The notes below the pieces were generated by a model. It ran no database searches, was not told where the DNA came from, and worked only from the letters and a program-made list of their open reading frames with translations. Position numbers and translations under genes: made by a program. From Phoronis australis (lineage: Eukaryota; Animalia; Phoronida), in contig NMRA01000061.1 of assembly GCA_002633005.1 (NCBI GenBank), forward strand, positions 1-64,000: a DNA stretch of 64,000 bases, given 5' to 3'. Each line of letters opens with the position of its first letter. The stretch's first letter is position 1. Shown piece by piece: positions 36,528-47,092 of the stretch.

Positions 36528-39050
36528 ATGCCAGCGACGCTTTCAAAGGACATGGGGGAACTCGATAACGGTGATGTTAACAGATATTACGCAGAAGTCG
36601 TGAAAATGAGTCGTAAAGACACAAAGCGAAGGGTGGCTGAAGTGATGCCGATAGTTCAAGAAATTTTACAGTACATCAATGGTCGCGACTCACGTTTCGC
36701 AAAACAGCCAGATTGTATCGGGAGCTATTGGCAAGGATTGAAGGTTGAAAAAGCTGATGAGTTTGACATAAATGTCGATGTTCTGGGGTGCCCAAATTTA
36801 GTTCCGACTTTTTCAAAAGAAAAGTTCATAGGCTTCAACAAACACGTCGATGACCCATCGCCGACTTTGAGTGATGACTTGGAGATAGTCCGCAAATTGT
36901 CACCGCTTCCTTCGGCTCCCGAAGGTCATCAGTATATTTACGTAGTTGAAGACGGATGTGGTATGGAGGACTGGACTGTGGGCGGAGTCCTGATACCATT
37001 TCGTATGAAGAGAACCTTTCACCATCTTCTTGTTGAGGCTATCAGGATGCTAGGTCTGCGAGGTATACGCTGTTTAATGGTTTATTGTATTATTTTACAC
37101 ATTTACAAATAAATTGTAATATAAACACAATTTCTGAAAATCGGACACTTTAAGAACTCTCAATTGGGTAAGTGAATGACGCAAGGAAATGCGATCGCAA
37201 TGGTTACTTCGTTGTCAGTCGTTAAAAGACGGCTAACAGACATTCGTAGTTTGTCTATTCATTCTAACATCTATTTGCTTCATTTATTTAGGAAAGGTGA
37301 GGCAAAACAAACTGGTCGCCGGTACTGCTTTAACAGTTCACGTGATGGACGAGAGAGGTCGCATAATTGCTGATGTCGACTTCGCACCAATTCTGAAATC
37401 CGTCGCTGATTTCCCTGTGAGTTGGCCTAAAGATCACGTCGCGTGGCCATCGCACGAAAAGATTCAAGCTGTTCTGGCAAAGCGAACGAGCAGAGTACCA
37501 AGCAAGAATTTCTGCTGGTGGATTTCATACGCACAAGCGGACCACGAGTTGTGCAAAGACATTGATGCCGATGGTGGTTGCCGGAAGCAATGTTTGAGGA
37601 TGATGAAAAAAATGAAGAGTGACGTCTGGTGTTCATCGAGAAAAACTCTTACGTCGTACCACCTAAAGGTAAATCCAAGAGTCCTGCTAGTTAAGGTGTG
37701 CACGGCAATAAGACGTGCACTTACTGCTTTGTTAGGTCATGTGTTGACGTAAAGAATTTCGCTTAATGTGCGCGACGAGCACGGGTGAACGCTTTGTTTC
37801 CTTGAACCGAACCACAGCTTGTGTGCAATTTGATGAGACATTGCTGCCGTTGTTTCACTACCATTACCAGTCCACAATCACCACCATCAACACGTACCAT
37901 TCATTCCATGGCTGCCGCAAAAAAATAAAACAGTAAGAGCGTAGGGAAATGGTGAGTTTATTAATTAACCCCGGTAATTAAAATTATACGGATGAATAAA
38001 GATTTAAATGTGTGCAGTTTTAGTGTTACCAACACCGTTTTTTTAATGATTGTCACGTTTTTCCCCGTGTGTGGATGGGCACAGGCTGTTACAGACCGGT
38101 GCTAATAGCTTTCGGTGCGACGTTGACTGAAGACTGGTTCGAGTTAATCCTTTATTAATCCCGATCGTACGTTCACGAGCCTACTCAAACAAAACGTCCG
38201 ACGTAATGTCTGTTTATGCTCCAGTCAGTGCTGCGAAGCCTTGACTTGTGATGCCCTTCTGAAACACATTCAGCAACTGTTGCACTCGTCGATTCAATAA
38301 CCTGCTGTCTCTATAGCTGGCTCTCTATTGACTATCGCTGTAACTGCTGATTCTCTTCACTGCAACTGAACTGTAATTATCCTGATTAACTTTCTTGAAC
38401 TGACTTGATCTCATCTAACACAAACCCGTGCTTGTGTATTTATACTAGTCTAATGCATTGTTCTGGAACTTTACATCAATTCAAGCCCATTCTAGAAGTT
38501 TCCTGAATCTAACCAATCATTCTACAAACATATACTAGTCTCTAGAATATTCCAGACTGCATTAACCACTGTCATGCTGGAGTCTTCTAGAAAGTTCCAC
38601 ACTATACTGCAGTAAATAAATTACGTCATCACCACTACTAGAAAGTTCCATACTGATCTGTAGTAAACACATTACATCATCATTGTACTTAACTCAGGGG
38701 TCATGCCAATCAAACTGAATAACAAAACAAAACAAAACAATACAACTAATAATACTGTCAGACTATATTCTGACAAAGATAATAGTTACATTTTTGTTCT
38801 TTTATGCTTACAGAACATCCTTTGGTGGGAGTGTCAGGAGCGCCCTCACTCGTGGACCATAGAAAGAGTTGCGTTCAATTTCATCAGCCTAGTTCGTCGT
38901 CTCCATGGCAGCGTCAAGAAAAGACACTTACCCTTATATTTCAATCCTGACGTGAACTTACTTCAGGAAAAATCAGATGGAGAGTTGAAGAAGGTCCAGG
39001 GCAATTTAGAGGAGTTTCTGCAAAATCCTTCGTACTTCATTCAAGTATAG
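36528..39050 (+). CDS. cGLR: cGAS-like receptor, type A gene 5, ~382 aa, 3 exons
   Basis: Exons 36528-37062, 37292-37668, 38814-39050; canonical splice sites; intact GSYWQGLKVEKADEFD, VDFAP and SYHLK. Paralogue of gene 3. Confidence 0.9.
38051..38775 (-). mobile_element. Solo LTR in intron 2 of gene 5
   Basis: TGTCA...TGACA termini, imperfect 5-bp TSD ATGAT/AAGAT, absent at the paralogous site (~24013-24020). TATAAA and AATAAA on the minus strand. Confidence 0.7.
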
Positions 39051-39264
39051 GATTTTTTGATGGTGGGACTTACAGATTGTATTATATTTTTGAATGTCGG
39101 CGATCATGTGAGATTGCTGCTGGTCTGGTAAAGTCATCACAAGGACCGCAATGTTGAATATTCGTCATCATTTATGTTGCACTCCAGGCCATCCCCTAAC
39201 AGTACATATACAAGACATGTACAATACAATACACGAGGACACATACGCGCGCACGTGAGCCCAT

Positions 39265-39400
39265 TGGTCGAGATGGGAAGACGTATATCTGTTGATAAAT
39301 ATCTACGTATATGTTCATTATGTAAACAAAGCTCTAGTAAAAATTTTGTGGAAGACGAATTTCACTTCATTTGTGTATGTCCTACTATGATTTGGAAATA
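39265..39400 (+). mobile_element. LINE 3'-end fragment
   Basis: EMGR...RICSLC...VEDEFHFICVCP, the Cys/His C-terminal motif of non-LTR ORF2. Confidence 0.55.
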
Positions 39401-40684
39401 AGATTGCTGCCTAACTTATATTGGATCAACCCAAGTGATTGCTTTATTAAGTTAGTGTTGTGCATTGTTAGCGTATAATAAATTTGCTTGTATTCGGATG
39501 TATATTAAAAGCTCTTTCAATAGCCTCTTTAAAACCTTAATTGCTGAATTTTTAATGTTTTCACAAGACAACTGTTTGGAAATCTGTAACCGTCGATATA
39601 CACCTATAAAAGTAGACAAAAATGTCAGGCTGGTTTTGCTGTTCATCGTTTTTGCGCAAAAAGACGGACGTGTCTCTGGTTACAAAACGATTTCTGCGAA
39701 TACCCATATCAACAACGCCCTTTTAACATGAACTAATTAGATCTGAACACACAGACGTTAATTAGGGTGCTAATTTTAACATTTGGAAATGTATGACCCA
39801 TGTTACCTTGACCCACTATTACTCTCACAAAAAGTACTGGTCACCACTATAACAAGGATTATTTTGGCAGCAGTCACTCCTATAAGCAGAATTCATTGAA
39901 CTGAATACATGACAGTGTTGAGAGAGAGGGAGAGGGAGAGGGGGGAGGGAGGGAGTTGGGGGGAAGTGAGGGAGAGGTAACACTTTTGTTTGCACTAAGA
40001 CATAACACATTAAAGGCAAAGTCAACCTTTTTTCTTGTCACTTTTCGCAAAAATAAGGTTCGTTGATTATCCCAGACACATTTTTCACTTAATTACAGCT
40101 TTTCGTAATTTTATTAATTTCTCGTCTTCTACTCCAGAAGTGACGTTTTGGGAGGCAAGGGTTTCGCGCCAATTTCTTTTCACTATAGTCTGACTGTGAG
40201 AGCTGTCGAGTCAGTCATTGTTCTACCTCGGTTGTGATAAATTCGGTCGTCGTTTGCTTTTGTTTACAAGTCAGTCAACGTGCCACGCTGTTGCAACGTG
40301 CCGGGATGTACTCATTATCGTCTCACACGCGCTTTGGGTACCTTGCGTCACTTTCCGAAGGATGACACATTTCGCCGTACTTCGCTAGCTCGTTCATGTG
40401 AAGAACGCAGCACTACCCGCGTCCAGGCAACGTACAAAGCAGTGGAGGGTTACCGAGTGTGTGGCAAGCATTTTCTGCCGTCATGTTAAGACAGAGATTT
40501 GTACGCTGAATTAATGAAGGTCGCTGCGAAACAACGCCTGAAGAAGGGTACCATACCGTCGCTGTTGATTACCGGCAGTGCCCCGTCGCCAACCCCGAGA
40601 AATGCGTTTTTGAAGCGGGAAGCCTCGCGATCGAACTGTGGCCACAGTGACTGGCACTTCAACTGTCACCCGTGCCTCCGAACG

Positions 40685-41563
40685 CAGTGGCGGATCTAGG
40701 ATGTCACAAGGGGGGCCAACTTTTTGTCCGGCTGTAAGCATTTGCGCAAACTGAACCACGAAACGGAGAACGTGTGGAACAGAAAAAACTGCCACCACAT
40801 AAGCCTCGAACCCACGGTCTGGCGGATAGGAAGCGCGTGCATTACCACTAGACCATCACGACTTCACTACAAGTCTCTTAGAAAGAGACTTACTTATTTA
40901 TGGTCCACAGCGTTTGCGCGCGAAACCTACTTCTTTTTGTAATTCTTATTACACGTTTCATATTTTGTGCCATCAATTCTTAACAAATTTGTCGTATTTA
41001 AAATAGTCTTCAAATGCCCAAAAGACCAAATCCGTTTTTCGTGTTGGCAATAATGACGGGGTTGCTTTGGAAATCGTCTTAAGATAAGGTTTGCCAAAGA
41101 GAGTATTGCGAGTTTCTGAGTGATTCAATAAGGTTTCGATTAAACACATCTTACCAGCAGCTTCTGTTTTTCATCGTCACTCAGATTCCATTTTCTTTAA
41201 AAAAATGATGTAAATTTTCTTCATTGCACAGTGGAGCAGACGACGGAAACGGAGTCGTAGTGCGCAGCGCCACTGCCGGTCGCCTAGGATATCGCGGGAG
41301 AGCCTATACTTAGCCAAAGTTCCGTTACGAATGCGCCGTGTTCCGAATTTGACACTTGAAATTGGATTTGAGCCCCCCCCCTCACCCCCCGCCCCAACAC
41401 TAAAACTGCACACATTTAAATCTTTTTTCATCCGTCTAATTTTAATTACCGGGGTTAATTAATAAACTCAACATTTCCCTACACCCTTACTGTTTTATTT
41501 TTTTGCGGCAGCCAAGGGGGGGGGGGCGGGTCCCCTGGGCCGCCCCCCCTAAATCCGCCTATG
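40685..41563. mobile_element. Non-autonomous TIR element nested in the Kolobok-like element (hAT-like termini, 5-bp TSD)
   Basis: CAGTGGCGGATCTAGG...CCTAAATCCGCCTATG flanked by GAACG at 40680-40684 and 41564-41568. Confidence 0.65.
40800..40862 (-). repeat. tRNA-derived (SINE-like) segment
   Basis: Minus strand has A-box-like TGGTCTAGTGG and B-box-like GGTTCGAGGC at tRNA spacing, inside a mobile element, with no clean acceptor stem. Confidence 0.45.
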
Positions 41564-42439
41564 GAACGTACCCCATTGCGTGCAATTCCGGGAACTAGCA
41601 GTGATTCGCCCTGTGCTGTTGTCTCTAGCCCAGAGCCCGTAAGCAGCCCTGCAGCAATGTTGAGTAGTGGGAGTGAATGCAGGCCCAGTTCGACACCCAG
41701 TGAAGAGGACAGTTCGTCATCCAATGAACAGATCGGTGAGCCTAAGTTTGATAAGTTTATTGCGGACTTGTATTGAAGCTATTTAGAAGGTGCCAGATGT
41801 GTGGCGATCGAGGGAGTCACACAGCGGGATGTAAGCAGTTTGGGTGCTCAGATCACCCTCCAATGGGAGTGTGTCGCGGGACACTCGGGCAAGTGGGGCA
41901 GTTCTTCCTCTGTACGTGAGACGACAATGAGTACATCTCAGAACTCAGCAATAGCGTGGCATGTTGACTGACTCGTAACCAAAAGCAAACGACGACCGAA
42001 CTTATCACAATTAGGTAGAACAATGACTGACTCGACTGCTCTCACAGTCGGACTACATGAAAAGAAATTGGCGCGAAATTCCTGCCTCCCAAAAAGGTCA
42101 CTTCCGGAGTAGACGACGAGTAATTAATTAAATTACGAAAAGCAGTAAATAAGTGAAAAATATGTCTGGGATAATCAACGAACCTTATTTTTGCTAAAAA
42201 TGACATGAAAAAAGGTTGCCTTTGCCTTTAACTGATGATTATCATATATGTAAAATAAGATTATATTTTCAGAGGTTCAAATGCTCCATGCATTTACTTA
42301 AAGACATGTGATAATTCGGTAATTTGTGTTTTGAAAAAGATGAAAGGGGTGGAGTGACTTGGTTAGGTCAAAATCTAAATTACGTTCTTACAAGACTTTC
42401 AAAATCCGAATACTGTGCTGAAAACTATGCCTTTCTTTC

Positions 42440-42610
42440 CGTTACATTGAGACCTGTGTTAGCACAGGTGCGATCAGGAATTTTGCCAGTAGAGGTACAA
42501 TTAGGGATTTTTTTTCGGGAACTCCATTAAATGAAAGACTATGTTAAGTATGTAACCAAAATTTAATTGAAGACGAAATACATTTTATGTTCTTTTGCAA
42601 CGGATATGAT
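42440..42610 (+). mobile_element. LINE 3'-end fragment
   Basis: LAQVRSGILPVEVQLG...ERLC..CNQNLIEDEIHFMFFC with stop/frameshift. Confidence 0.55.
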
Positions 42611-43749
42611 AGTTTAAGAACAGTTTCCAAGGGAATGCACCCTTCTAGACTTGTTTCTAAATTACCTGGAAGCTCTTTCGACGTTTTTGTTTAGCACTAG
42701 ATTGTCACAGGAATTGTCAATATTGTGTGTAACCGTTTGGATGTTTATTAGTATCAGGTGACCCAAGAGGCTAGGGATGTGCTGCACGTAAAGTTTATTT
42801 ATTTTTGTATTGTATTCTGTGATGCATCGATGTAACCATAACAAATAAATATAATACAATGCTTAATAAATTGCAAACTAAATTAGGAGGCCTTCTAAAG
42901 GTTTTCGACCTCCAACAAGTTCTCTTCAGCTTACATAGATTAACAGATGTAAAATAGAAAAATTAATGAGAATGAATATAATAAGCCAAAGGAAGAGGAG
43001 ACAAAAAATTGTGAGATATACTTAAGAAAATACATAAATTGTCGGCTGTATTTAGAGACCACGATCAAGTCTCATGTTCAGACAGGATATAAAATCAAAT
43101 AATGATTGACAGCAATAGGTCACAAAAGGTCACAACGCAAGTGCGAGCGAGTAGTAAAACAGGAAATAGACGCAACGGGAGGCACCGAGGGAACAAAACC
43201 AGCCTGCGGGGCTCAACCGTGGGAGTTTGTTCAACAATGGATGTTCAGCCGCTTAAAGTAGAGTACGCGGTGTATTTCGTGAAATTCATTACACCTTCAT
43301 TCTGCTAGTTTTTTGACTTTTAAGCCTTTTAAAAAAGGATATATGGCGCATTTTGGGGAATCACTGTTGGATGGAATAACCTTGACCAGAGCTATAAAAC
43401 AACAAAATCCGTTGTGTTTTGGGGATTTAATAACAACTCGCTGGGACAGAAACTTTGATTTGTGAATTAGAAATCAGAGTATAACTGAGCAAACTGATAA
43501 CAACAAATACGACGAAAACAACAGGATAAAAGCAGCAACACCAACAACAATAACAACAATCCAAACAGCTTAAAATACTCAAACGGGTGTAAAAGATAAT
43601 GCCAAAACAATGACTGATGACGTTTCACTTTGATATGACACTGAGTCAAACAACATCCTTTGCAAAGTCCAATAAACAACTTCGTTGTTATGCAAATTAG
43701 AAATATATTCAAATTTCCTAATTAAAAAAGTGGAATATCATCAAAGAAG

Positions 43750-43969
43750 GTGGTGGCCTTTTGGAGCACGTGACTGAGTGATGGCCTTTGGGAGCACGTG
43801 ACTGAGTGATGGCCTTTAGGAGCACGTGANCCTTTGGGTGCACGTGACTGAGTGGTGGCCTTTGGGTGCACGTGACTGAGTGGTGGCCTTTGGGTGCACG
43901 TGACTGAGTGGTGGCCTTTGGGAGCACGTGACTGAGTGGTGGCCTTTGGGAGCACGTGACTGAGTGGCC
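43750..43969. repeat. 28-bp minisatellite, about 8 units, each with CACGTGA
   Basis: Unit GTGGTGGCCTTTGGG(A/T)GCACGTGACTGA; contains an N at 43830, so copy number is uncertain. Confidence 0.9.
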
Positions 43970-44718
43970 GGTTCCGTTCCGCCGGGTCACCGACTAAGAC
44001 AGATTGGCTCTCAATGACGACATCCGGCTTATACATACCAATCCAATGTCTTAGCTGACGCAACCAAGTCATTCAGCCAGGTTAGGACCCTAGAATAACC
44101 CGACCTGTTTCTAAGAATTTGTGCGGTACTGGATTCTCGGACCACTAAGTTTGTTGGTTCGAGCTGCATTTATTGGTCTATTCATAGACCACTTATACAA
44201 CAACACTATTGTTTGCTCTTTACACGTGGCATCGTGTTTAATAATATCATCCTCAGCACAATATCCTGAATTATTTATTAGCAATTGGTGACGAAGGGCT
44301 ACAAGTCTTTTGTTAAGGTGTGTTTTCCCCATTTAAGTAAATGAACAATAGGCAACAAAATAATCTAGCGTGACAGACAATAAGCCCGGTCTCTTGAAGC
44401 AGATTTTGAGATTTTGGGCCTCCAGTTGCAATGTGCGTTTATTTTCGCCACCATCGTCATATTTTCGACCTTTAGGTGCACGCGGAAGTTCGTCATGACT
44501 CGGGTAAAACACTGAATGACAAAGAAAGCTGGGAATCGACGTGGCACGACGTGGCACAGCATAAAAGGCCAACGGTTTTGGTTTTTCCTACTAGAAACTT
44601 TCCCATGACGAAGAAAAAGTCCTCTTTTCATTTATAATCTCCTCTTACCGGAGTCGCTCTCAAACTTCTCCACTGACGCGGCAACCGAAGTAACGCTTGG
44701 ACACTAAACTTATCCACA

Positions 44719-47092
44719 ATGCCAGGGATCTTTTCCAAAGACATGGGTGAGATCGACAACGGTATTTTCAACAAACTCTACAATACCGATGTTAGGACGA
44801 CCAAACAGGAAACCCAATCAAAAATTGAAGAAGTTAAGTCAACCTTAAACAGGGTCCTCCAGCACGTAAATCGTATCGATGAACGTTTTGGGAACTGTGT
44901 CGATTCCGTCGCAGTGAAGAATCCCGGTACTTTCGATATAAAAGTTGAAATCAAAGACTTCGACGTGGTTTTGAATCATGCCAAACGCAGTGTGCCGCTT
45001 GGCGTTGGTCCTACCGGCTATTTGGGCGCAGGACAGGCCAGTGCAGCAACACAGCTGGCACAGGGTACAAGAGTGCCCATCGTTCAATACCCGCGTTTGC
45101 AGAGAAAGGCACCTTCTTGCCAAATCCATTACAGGAAGCACCAACCGGATATAGATGCTTGAAATTGAATGAAGTGCCAGTTTCATTACACAAATGGAAT
45201 AAGTGGCTTGAGGGAGGTATCCTGGTGCCAGAGTTCGTGAGGAGAACTTTTGTCCACCTGGTCAACGAAGCCATAAGAGCCCAAGGTCTGCAAGGTAAGA
45301 AAGATGAAATTGTTTTTATGAGAATTATCTCAGTGTGCATCCGTACGAGTTTGTACACTACGTCTAGTGAAGAGGAATCGGGCTGCCGGATTATAGAGCA
45401 GAGCTGGTCAGAGAGAAATTTGTGGCGGGCAGAATTGCCTTTCGATGGGGTATGTGCTGACAAATTTCATGAGAGCCGCAGAGGGAAACATGGTATCGTC
45501 TTGCATCAAAGGGGAATTCCCCGCTGTTTAGGTGTAAACGTCGAATTCTTATCCGAAGCGATTATCCGAAGCGATTTAATTGTCACTAGTGATTTCATTA
45601 CATTTGATTGTATTTCTTTTTGAACTTAGAGCTGATCAGGCAAAGCGAACTGGCACCAGAAGACACCATGAACTTTCAAGTAATGGATGAACGCGATGAA
45701 TTTCTGGCGAACGTCACTTTCATTCCGGTCTTAAAATCAGTAGCCGAATTCCATCCTCAGGGGGCGCTGATGGATGGAGCAGCATGGCCACCACCAGACA
45801 AAGTACAAGCCATCGAGCGAACCAGAATAGATCTTGACCTGTCGCCAGAATGCAAATACTTTTGGAGGGAGAACTACGCACAAGCAGACGACTTGCTCAG
45901 CGCTAGCATTGATACCGATGGAGGATGTCGCAAACAATGCTTAGAAGTCATGGCAAAAATGAAGAACGACTTCTGGTGTCCATCTACAAAACCAATCATA
46001 AGTGACGACCACTTGAAGGTAATCTATTACGGCATAACATACCGGTAGTATTGTGAAAACGGACAATTTCCGCGAATAAATTTTGAGATAGCCTAAATAT
46101 CTAGTTAATAGTTAATAATGTACTTGATAAAAATGGATATTCCAAACCGCTAGCACCATATAAAATCGAAAATCTTGATTCTGCCATTAACTGTTCGCTG
46201 CGCAGTTGAAATTGGTTAAAGTTGCACACAACTCGCATTTTGTGACACCGAAGAATTGTCCAAAAATATGAATATCATGAATATTGCATTCAAAAATCCA
46301 CAACTATCGATAGTTACCTAATGGCTCGTTCGCCGAGTTTTAGATGGACATCGTTGGTTACTGAGTGACATCTCAGCTGCAAAAGATGCCGTGCTAAAAA
46401 AATTCCATTTGCTCTGAGTTTACATTTGCTTTCCAAAAAGAGCACCGGTTTTTTTTAGAGACACGCCGGAGTGTGTACATAGTTGAGTTCGTCTCACGAA
46501 AGATCCTGTTAAGAGATAAACCGTTTTGTTTTGGTGATTTTATTACAAATCGGCAATCTTTTACTTTTGTCTGCCAACTATTCGCTGAAATTAAAGCCGG
46601 TGACCCTAAATGTTCTGCTATTGTACCGAGAAGCGTTTAGCTGTGTCAACAAAGCGTTAGATTGCGACCGCGGGGTTCCTGCCTTCCATTCCGAGTTGGG
46701 TCTGATCCCAGAAAACGGCTTTTCTCACTTTAAACCCTTATCAAATGTAGGCATCGTGAAAATTTGGAATTCTTATGTCGTGGAAATTGTAGGCTAATGT
46801 TCACCATAAGAAATATTCTTGAAATGTGTTTTTTTAATGTTTTCTGTTGTAGAATGTTCTGTGGTGGGAATGCCAAGCACATCCTGAGCTGTGGGACGTG
46901 GAGCGAGCACCATATTACTTCATCCGTCTCGTGCGGCGTTTTCATAGTTACGTGAAGGACGGAAATTTGCCAGGGTTTTTCAATTCGTCTGTGAACCTGT
47001 TATCTGAAACTCCGCCGCATGGTCTTGAAGCCCTGCAAGAAAAAATAGATGAATTTCAGAGAAATCCCGCATATTTCATGAAAGCCTTCTAA
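44719..47092 (+). pseudogene. Catalytically degenerate cGLR (type B gene 6) with a frameshift in exon 1 as assembled
   Basis: Exons 44719-45294, 45630-46018, 46853-47092 (NVLWWECQAHPELWDVERAPYY...LPGFFNSSVNLL...). Homology to gene 4 switches frame between about 45010 and 45080. Confidence 0.7.

Larger units (their letters stand above)
40014..42227 (+). mobile_element. Kolobok-like DNA transposon remnant with THAP domain
   Basis: About 280-bp terminal inverted repeats (AGGCAAAG...CTTTGCCT) flanked by TTAA at 40010-40013 and 42228-42231. Decayed THAP ORF from 40280 (CNVPGC...HFPKD...VCGKHF-stop-RDLYAEL...TIPSL) and a WECVAGHSGKW fragment near 41860-41900. Confidence 0.8.

Noticed and set aside
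40280-40620. Domesticated host THAP gene
   Set aside because: In-frame stop at 40487-40489, GTG instead of ATG, missing conserved Trp, and enclosed by TIRs.
40800-40862. Functional tRNA gene
   Set aside because: A/B boxes are present but there is no complete cloverleaf, and it is embedded in a mobile element.
43750-43969. CRISPR array
   Set aside because: The 28-bp units are directly adjacent with no unique spacers, no cas genes, and the context is eukaryotic.
7866-47092. Bacterial CBASS / CD-NTase operon
   Set aside because: The genes have spliceosomal GT-AG introns, eukaryotic TEs and a C1orf198 neighbour, and no Cap effector genes are present.
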